A stretch of 53,439 bases of DNA from an uncultured Dehalococcoidia bacterium (GTDB lineage Bacteria; Chloroflexota; Dehalococcoidia; Lucifugimonadales; CAUZEB01): positions 1 through 53,439 of the forward strand of contig CAYSLK010000012.1 of the NCBI GenBank assembly GCA_964431885.1, given 5' to 3'. A program made the translations under genes and the position numbers. Below, one piece after another: positions 48,000 through 53,439 of this stretch; position 1 is the first letter of the stretch, and every line of letters starts with the position of its first letter. The notes under the pieces are model-generated. The model had not been told where the DNA came from and searched no databases. It worked only from the letters and a program-made list of their open reading frames with translations.

Positions 48000-48347
48000 C
48001 TATTCGAGGATTTGCCGTATGCCTTTCAAGTCCGCTCCAATAATTATTTTCTCTCTATAGTAAACTATAGGCCGCCTGATCAACCTTGGTTCCTTAAGCA
48101 TAAGGGGCAACAAATCTTCGTCTGTCAAATGAGCTTTGGAAACGTTCAGTTTCTTAAAAGAAGGACTCCGCCAAGAGAATATTTCGCTTGGACTAATTAT
48201 TTCTAATAATTCTGTCAGTTCATCTTCTGTAAAACGTTCTTTGAAAAAGTCCCTCTCTATTACACAGATCTCGTGTTGTGACAGCAACGCTCTCACTTTC
48301 TTGCATGAGCTTCATTTATTCCAGGTGTAAAAATGCGCTACAGGCAT
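48000..48347 (-). CDS. Spx/ArsC/YffB-family thioredoxin-fold protein, probable selenoprotein with a UxxC motif (Sec at codon 12, TGA 48312-48314), 115 aa
   Basis: The track ORF 48000..48296 starts at an internal GTG. The same frame continues upstream as MPVAHFYTWNK-[TGA]-SSCKKVRALL from the ATG at 48347, which is preceded by AAGGAG plus 6 nt. FYTWNKUSSCKKVRALLSQHEI aligns with Spx [22 protein letters not shown], placing the UGA on Cys10 of CxxC. WRSPSFKKL and RRPIV motifs are also conserved. A SECIS-like hairpin lies downstream. Confidence 0.75.
48278..48296 (-). promoter_or_regulatory. SECIS-like hairpin in the Spx/ArsC-like mRNA
   Basis: The mRNA reads GUGAGAGC-GUU-GCUGUCAC: eight stem positions with seven Watson-Crick pairs and one G-G mismatch. 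The loop starts with G, and its first nucleotide is 24 nt after the UGA (23 nt intervene). Confidence 0.5.
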
Positions 48348-48387
48348 ATAAAACTCCTTCCTGTCCTATGAAACATATTCACTCATA

Positions 48388-48403
48388 AATCACATTCGTG
48401 ATT
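48388..48403. promoter_or_regulatory. Inverted repeat AATCAC-ATTC-GTGATT upstream of the Spx/ArsC-like gene
   Basis: Read directly: 6-bp arms with a 4-nt spacer, about 40-55 nt upstream of the ATG at 48347. Confidence 0.3.
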
Positions 48404-48548
48404 GCCTATATCGAAATTTGAAAGAAGTATTCATTATAGGTAGGATTTGTATAGCCACGAAGCATAAATCGCTAAGAAAACCAAACTGTCCATTACACAC
48501 GTTCTCTATGTTTAGGTCTAATCATGATTCTTTGCAAACAATAACTTT

Positions 48549-49856
48549 CTAATCTTCAACTCTTACGATACTACCTATAGAATTAACCACATCTAGTCCC
48601 TTCAATACCGTTATTGCCCGTCTTAATGATACTTCTTTCGCCTTATGAGTCATAAGAACTATCTCGGCACCACGAATCTTCTGCTGTGTTTCCTTCTGTA
48701 TTGCTGAAGAAATACTTATCTCAAGATCGCCTAATATTTTACATACCTTGGCAAATACCCCTGGGCTATCAGAGACATTAAGTCTTATATAATACTTAGT
48801 CTGGAGCTCAGTTATGGGCCTAATCTCCAGATTGTTTGATACACGTTTTGGTATATTTGTTCCGTTCTTCTCATTAATACTTATGGCTAAATCGACGATA
48901 TCACCAATTATCGCACTAGCTGTAGGACGGGGCCCTGCCCCGGGTCCACTAAACAATACTTTACCCGCCAGATCGGTTTCTATCTCGATAGCATTCAGTA
49001 CTCCATCAACCTTACCTATCATCTCTTCCAAACGCACAAAGGCAGGATGAACCCTAACTTGTATCAAGTCCTCACGGCGGCTAGCAATCGCTAATAATTT
49101 AATTACGTATCCCAACTCCTTGGCATATATAAAATCCTGAGTTGTCAGTTCGGTTATGCCCTCACAATACACATCTGTATCTTTTACAGTCCGCCCAAAA
49201 GCCAAGGTGGAAAGTATTGCCAATTTATATGCCGCATCAATCCCTTCTACATCATTACTGGGATCGGCTTCTGCATATCCCAATGATTGCGCCTGACTAA
49301 GAGCTTTGTTGAAACCCAATGTTTCCTTATCCATTTTTGTCAGGATATAATTGGTAGTGCCATTGATTATTCCATATATATTAATGATTGCATTAGCAGA
49401 CAGGTCTCTGCACAATGGCCCTATTATAGGGATAGCTCCTGCGACACTAGCCTCGAATAGGACCCGGACACCTTTCTCTCGAGCCGCAGTCATTATAGCT
49501 GTGCCATGTTTTGCCATCACTTCCTTATTTGCAGTAACAACATGCTTCCCACATTCGATCGCCTTTAAGATAAATTCAAAGGCCGGTTGTTCTCCGCCAA
49601 TTACCTCTATAATTACATCCACGTCTTCGTTATGCAAAATGTCATTATATCTGCAGGTAAAAAGATCTTGTGATAATTTCACAGACCGTGCCTTAGTGAG
49701 ATCTTTAACAAGTACTTGTTCTACTGACAGAGGCCTACCTACCAAGCTTTCTAGGTAATCCTTTTTTTGAGCCAGTACTTCTGCCACTCCAGTTCCGACA
49801 ACGCCCATACCGAGCAAGCCAATTCCTAATGACTTCTTCATTTTAACGCCATCCAA
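48549..49856 (-). CDS. hom: Homoserine dehydrogenase, 435 aa
   Basis: N-terminal LLGMGVVGTGVA Rossmann motif, a homoserine dehydrogenase catalytic region (GIINGTTNYILT, AEADPSNDVEGIDAAYK) and a C-terminal ACT domain. The start is TTG at 49856 or ATG at 49841. Confidence 0.9.
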   Translation of the reverse strand: MDGVKMKKSLGIGLLGMGVVGTGVAEVLAQKKDYLESLVGRPLSVEQVLVKDLTKARSVKLSQDLFTCRYNDILHNEDVDVIIEVIGGEQPAFEFILKAIECGKHVVTANKEVMAKHGTAIMTAAREKGVRVLFEASVAGAIPIIGPLCRDLSANAIINIYGIINGTTNYILTKMDKETLGFNKALSQAQSLGYAEADPSNDVEGIDAAYKLAILSTLAFGRTVKDTDVYCEGITELTTQDFIYAKELGYVIKLLAIASRREDLIQVRVHPAFVRLEEMIGKVDGVLNAIEIETDLAGKVLFSGPGAGPRPTASAIIGDIVDLAISINEKNGTNIPKRVSNNLEIRPITELQTKYYIRLNVSDSPGVFAKVCKILGDLEISISSAIQKETQQKIRGAEIVLMTHKAKEVSLRRAITVLKGLDVVNSIGSIVRVED

Positions 49857-49868
49857 TCACGTAAGATT

Positions 49869-50984
49869 TTAAAACCCTAGCTGCTGAAGTGGACTCTTTG
49901 GAACAGGTGTAGGAGTAATGGAAGATGATATCCCAAGCTGAGCTATCATCCAATTATAAATATCTGAATTAAACAGAGCAAAAACTTCGTGATTCTCTCG
50001 TTCTTCATTAAGCCAATTCTGAAGTGCGTTAGTCTTAAGCTTCTCTCTACTCGCTGAGTCTATTTCACGTGCCTGCTGATGTTCTGTAATCATAAAGAAG
50101 ATAAGATCAGTATTCGTAGGATTTTCATAGTCCGACGTTGGATCACTTAACTTACCTGGTTCCAACGAGAATATAATATCGTCGAAATTTTCAAAAATAC
50201 CAGGAGTCACCCAACCTACCTCTCCACCCTTGCGTACTGTTTCAGGGTCATCTCTAGAGAATTCCCTAACAATACTTTTATATAGAGCTCTGAGTTGCTC
50301 TGCATCCTTGGTGTCACCAATGGTATCTTTGAATTTATCCTGCATGATTGCAATCGCATCGTTTTGCCGCATTGTCAGGCGATATAAATGCACATGCTCC
50401 CCTATACTAGGAACAGATTCGCCAATATACTGACGGAATCGTCCCCTTAGCATGGATTTTCTTATCAAATCCCGGTGTTCCGATTCAGAAAGCTGAATGG
50501 CATTTAAATACTGAAGGTAACTTTCGCGGAATTCCCTATCTAGCTGCTTAGAAGTTTTGGATCCATCTGAACGAGGTCCTATAAGATCCTTTATATAGTT
50601 TTTCACTTCGTCTTCAGATACGGTGACTCCTAAGCTGGGTGCAGACTGGGCTATGATCTCATTTTCGACTATGACTTGGAGCGATTGGAAAATTTCCGTG
50701 CTTGTACTGAACTGACCGCCAAAAAATTCAGCACCTTTTTGCTTGACACGCAGCAATTTAACCATATCGCCACGAGTATATTCTACATCATTCACTTTAA
50801 CGACCAACTGCTGAGGTGGCACAACAAAAATAATCACATATCCAGCGACTATTATGCCCATGACCACCAGAAGCGAAAATCCAATTAGTCCAAGAGCAAT
50901 ACGCTGCCTTCGCTGTCCTTCTCTTGTCAAATCAGGATCGCGTCTACGGTCACCTATAAACGGTGTTTTTCTCTTGCTTACCAC
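49869..50984 (-). CDS. Membrane-anchored parvulin-type peptidyl-prolyl isomerase (SurA/PrsA-like), 371 aa
   Basis: An N-terminal basic region and one TM segment (IALGLIGFSLLVVMGIIVAGYVIIFVV), a SurA-N-like chaperone region, and a rotamase-like segment (GGEVGWVTPGIF...). Confidence 0.7.
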   Translation of the reverse strand: MVSKRKTPFIGDRRRDPDLTREGQRRQRIALGLIGFSLLVVMGIIVAGYVIIFVVPPQQLVVKVNDVEYTRGDMVKLLRVKQKGAEFFGGQFSTSTEIFQSLQVIVENEIIAQSAPSLGVTVSEDEVKNYIKDLIGPRSDGSKTSKQLDREFRESYLQYLNAIQLSESEHRDLIRKSMLRGRFRQYIGESVPSIGEHVHLYRLTMRQNDAIAIMQDKFKDTIGDTKDAEQLRALYKSIVREFSRDDPETVRKGGEVGWVTPGIFENFDDIIFSLEPGKLSDPTSDYENPTNTDLIFFMITEHQQAREIDSASREKLKTNALQNWLNEERENHEVFALFNSDIYNWMIAQLGISSSITPTPVPKSPLQQLGF

Positions 50985-51037
50985 CCTTCACTACCCAATC
51001 TTTACGAATTAATCCTCGGAATTTTCACGAGTCTAAC

Positions 51038-51679
51038 TTATACCTTTTCATTTTCATCAGATACAGCTTCTGAAAGTTTCTGATCTTCTTTCTCGATCCC
51101 TGCAGAGTCTTCTGAATCGTGTTCTAATGCAACAGCATCCACTGACTCTGGCGTTTCATCAACTTCCTCAGTGGTTGCTGTCTCAGTTGCAACTGCATCC
51201 ACTGATTCTGGCGTTTCATCAACTTCCTCAGTGGTTGCTGTCTCAGCTGCAACTGGCCTACGACGAGGTGACCAGCTTTGAGCAGGCATACGATGATCCT
51301 GACTCAATGGCAACATCGCCAACATCCTAGCGCGCTTAATTGCAGATGCCAAACGCCTCTGGTGTTTAGCACAAACACCAGTCCTTCTTCTACCCTCCAT
51401 TTTAAATCTTTCTGAAAGAAATCTTCTAAGGCGATCCACATCTTTGTAATCTATATGCTTAACTTTATCAACGCAAAAATTACAAATTTTCCTACGAGCA
51501 TAGTATCTGGGACGGCCTCCTGGGCGTCGCCCACCGGAGGATCCTGGTCTTCCACCTTGAAACCCTGGTCTTCCACCTTGAAACCCTGGCCTTCCGCCTT
51601 GAAACCCTGGCCTTCCGCCTGGACCCGATCTTTCACCGCCTCCCTGTCTTCCACTACTAGATGTTGTTGTCATTGTCAT
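51038..51679 (-). CDS. rpsR: 30S ribosomal protein S18 with long N- and C-terminal extensions, 213 aa
   Basis: The S18 core [63 protein letters not shown] is flanked by a Gly/Arg/Pro-rich N-terminal region (GGRPGFQ repeats) and an acidic C-terminal region with a 20-aa duplication. It is the last gene of rpsF-ssb-rpsR. Confidence 0.9.
   Translation of the reverse strand: MTMTTTSSSGRQGGGERSGPGGRPGFQGGRPGFQGGRPGFQGGRPGSSGGRRPGGRPRYYARRKICNFCVDKVKHIDYKDVDRLRRFLSERFKMEGRRRTGVCAKHQRRLASAIKRARMLAMLPLSQDHRMPAQSWSPRRRPVAAETATTEEVDETPESVDAVATETATTEEVDETPESVDAVALEHDSEDSAGIEKEDQKLSEAVSDENEKV
51129..51256. repeat. Tandem 60-nt direct repeat (two copies plus 8 nt) inside the rpsR 3' region
   Basis: Read directly: 51129-51188 and 51189-51248 differ at 3 of 60 positions, followed by a partial third copy GCAACTGG. 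It encodes [19 protein letters not shown](T/L) twice. Confidence 0.9.
51543..51623. repeat. Tandem 21-nt direct repeat (about 3.8 copies) inside the rpsR 5' region
   Basis: Read directly: CCTGGTCTTCCACCTTGAAAC twice, CCTGGCCTTCCGCCTTGAAAC once, then a truncated copy. It encodes the GGRPGFQ repeats. Confidence 0.9.
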
Positions 51680-51715
51680 TTCCTAACTATCTATATAATA
51701 ATATAACTATCTGAG

Positions 51716-52123
51716 CTACCAAGGTAGGTCTTCAGCATTTTCAACTGATACGCTGGCGCCAACTTCACCATCTCCCGATGATTCCGCGTTAGAACTTCTG
51801 TCCAAGAATAACACGCTGCTAGCGACTATTTCATTTCTAAAACGCATTTGTCCGTCTTGTCCCGTCCATGAATGACTCTTAAGCCTGCCCTCGCAAAATA
51901 CCCTGCGACCTTTGGCTAAATATTGATTACACCGTTCCCCCAATTGATTCCAAGCCACTATAGTAAACCATTCCGTTTCTTGTCGTCGTTCACCATCGGA
52001 AGTAGTATAACTACGTCCTGTAGCCAGACGAAAGGAGGTTACCGGATTACCATTAGGTGTATATCTCATTTCAGGATCGGTTCCCACATTGCCGATAACT
52101 AACATTTTATTCAGTCCGGCCAT
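51716..52123 (-). CDS. ssb: Single-stranded DNA-binding protein, 135 aa
   Basis: OB-fold N-terminus MAGLNKMLVIGNVGTDPEMRYTPNGNPVTSFRLA and an acidic C-terminal tip ...ENAEDLPW. It lies between rpsF and rpsR. Confidence 0.92.
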   Translation of the reverse strand: MAGLNKMLVIGNVGTDPEMRYTPNGNPVTSFRLATGRSYTTSDGERRQETEWFTIVAWNQLGERCNQYLAKGRRVFCEGRLKSHSWTGQDGQMRFRNEIVASSVLFLDRSSNAESSGDGEVGASVSVENAEDLPW

Positions 52124-52183
52124 CAGTTCTCTCCTTTCTGAGAGTTAATAATAAATTCGGCACGTAACAATTAGCATAGAATA

Positions 52184-52480
52184 CTAGATTTTCGTCAACA
52201 GATATCTAAGTATATCTTCTGAGGCATTTAGACTTCTGTCCAACTCTTTAACACTCTGAGTGTCAAGTTCAAATTTAGTAAGCGTGTATGTTCCTTCTTG
52301 GAACTTACGTATCGGATAGGCTAGTTGACGTAGACCCCAATTATCCTGCTCCAAAACGGATCCGCCATGTGAATTAACGTACTCTTCAATTTTTTCCCCT
52401 GTAGAAGATACCTGATCTTCATTAACCTCTGGGCTGATGACCAACACAAGCTCATAATTCCGTTTTAGCTGACTAACCAA
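52184..52480 (-). CDS. rpsF: 30S ribosomal protein S6, 98 aa
   Basis: RNYELVLVISPEV... and GLRQLAYPIRK are S6 signatures. The TTG start is preceded by GGGGA plus 8 nt. A TTGTAG-18-TATAAT promoter-like pair lies upstream on the minus strand. Confidence 0.9.
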   Translation of the reverse strand: MVSQLKRNYELVLVISPEVNEDQVSSTGEKIEEYVNSHGGSVLEQDNWGLRQLAYPIRKFQEGTYTLTKFELDTQSVKELDRSLNASEDILRYLLTKI

Positions 52481-52778
52481 TATAGATTCCCCTTTAAAGT
52501 TTCTGCTTGGGATAACAAACCCTATAAATTATAGCATGCCTAAACACTAGGCTACAACGCGATACATCAACCCTAGGTTCAGCTTCGCAGAAATAAGGAT
52601 TCTCAAAATAGCTAACATAGAGTTATGCTCCTGTATTTATACAGCTAACCAAATCCAAATATCTAGTAGATTTACGCCTAACCACTATCAATTCATGTCT
52701 TCGGGAAGCCCTTGTTATTCCATACTCTTTTTACTAGGATAGGTTTATAACAATATACGAGATTTCTGGAGCGATAAC

Positions 52779-53439
52779 ATGACCGATAAATGGATACCAT
52801 CGAAAAAGGATATAAAATCCTATTTGGAAGACAGAAGGAACTGGGGGAGATGGGGAGAACATGGATCTTTAGGGGCAATTAACCTGATCGATAATAATAA
52901 ACGAATCCAAGCAGCGGAGCTTGTTAAGACTGGGCGCAACATCTCTTTGAGTCGCCCATTACCTGTCGAATATTCTCTGGAAAACCCCCAACCTGCTCAG
53001 CATTATCTCCAAATCTGGGATAGACCCCCTAATGGGGGAGCTGCTGTAGATTACTATGGAGTCCTGTACCACGGGACAGCTACTACTCACATCGATGCGC
53101 TATGTCACGTATGGGATGAAAATGGTATGTGGGATGGACGCGATCCATCAGAAACCATCACCTTTTCGGGAGCTAAATACGGCAGCATAGACGCCTGGCA
53201 CGAAGGAATAATGACTCGAGGTATTCTGCTAGACGTGCCAAAATATCGTAAAAAACCCTACGTGACTCTGGATGAACCCGTCCACGGATGGGAACTCGAT
53301 CAAATCGTCAACCAACAAGGAGTCAATTTAGAACCTGGGGACGCGGTTTTTGTCTATAGTGGACGTGAAGCATACGCAAGAAGTAATGGTGAGATTTGGT
53401 CTGACCGCATTCATAATGGGGCACGCCCCGGATTGCACG
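52779..53439 (+). CDS. Putative cyclase-family protein (kynurenine formamidase-like), N-terminal 220 codons (continues beyond the right edge)
   Basis: My translation from the ATG at 52779 (GGAG 7 nt upstream) gives MTDKWIPSKKDIKSYLEDRRNWGRWGEHGSLGAINLI... and the cyclase-family metal motif YHGTATTHIDALCH. The frame is open to the window end. Confidence 0.7.
   Translation, partial: MTDKWIPSKKDIKSYLEDRRNWGRWGEHGSLGAINLIDNNKRIQAAELVKTGRNISLSRPLPVEYSLENPQPAQHYLQIWDRPPNGGAAVDYYGVLYHGTATTHIDALCHVWDENGMWDGRDPSETITFSGAKYGSIDAWHEGIMTRGILLDVPKYRKKPYVTLDEPVHGWELDQIVNQQGVNLEPGDAVFVYSGREAYARSNGEIWSDRIHNGARPGLH

Noticed and set aside
5438-48347. UGA might be reassigned genome-wide (Trp as in genetic code 4, or Gly as in code 25), which would explain the in-frame TGAs.
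   Set aside because: TGA terminates rsmA (34771-34773), glpK (33442-33444), the epimerase (23851-23853) and the 140-aa ORF (44376-44378) at family-typical C-termini. Two of the in-frame UGAs align with catalytic Cys, not Trp or Gly. Site-specific Sec insertion fits better.
51127-51706. ORFs 51127..51330 (+), 51455..51706 (+) and 51451..51654 (-) overlap rpsR. The repeats also raised the possibility of a CRISPR-like or minisatellite locus.
   Set aside because: These frames stay open only because of the tandem repeats inside rpsR. The repeats are contiguous with no spacers and are in frame with the S18 core, so this is coding repeat expansion, not CRISPR.

Overview
This is a 53.4-kb chromosomal segment of a moderately AT-rich bacterium. 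I call about 45 protein genes, one tRNA-Pro(GGG) and one long-form (Bacillus-type, Alu-domain) SRP RNA. I found no rRNA, CRISPR array, integrase, transposase or prophage genes. Housekeeping genes (mutS, rnr, rph, pheST, rnc, rsmA-ispE, dinG, ogg, moeA, ilvE, hom, rpsF-ssb-rpsR) are interleaved with soluble catabolic enzyme families: hydantoinase/oxoprolinase A and B, two phosphotriesterase-family paralogs, a family III CoA-transferase, a GGT-like hydrolase, a mandelate-racemase-subgroup enolase, a class III aminotransferase, a D-aminoacylase, a CocE/NonD hydrolase and a ThDP enzyme. That gene mix, the long SRP RNA, the exonuclease-fused DinG and frequent GTG/TTG starts resemble marine Chloroflexota of the SAR202 type, but this is inference only. 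The main result is recoding. Three genes that the ORF track truncates or splits are intact if an in-frame UGA is read through. In a Spx/ArsC-family protein and a DsbA-family protein the UGA sits exactly where the family carries its redox-active Cys. Each of these UGAs is followed about 20 nt downstream by a GC-rich hairpin with a G-initiated loop (SECIS-like), so both are probable selenoproteins. The third UGA lies inside hydantoinase B and is ambiguous, because the adjacent hydantoinase A gene has a 1-nt frameshift in an A5 run. Other points of interest are a 213-aa ribosomal protein S18 with repeat-built N- and C-terminal extensions, several perfect palindromes in promoter or leader regions, and a small lysine-rich ORF.
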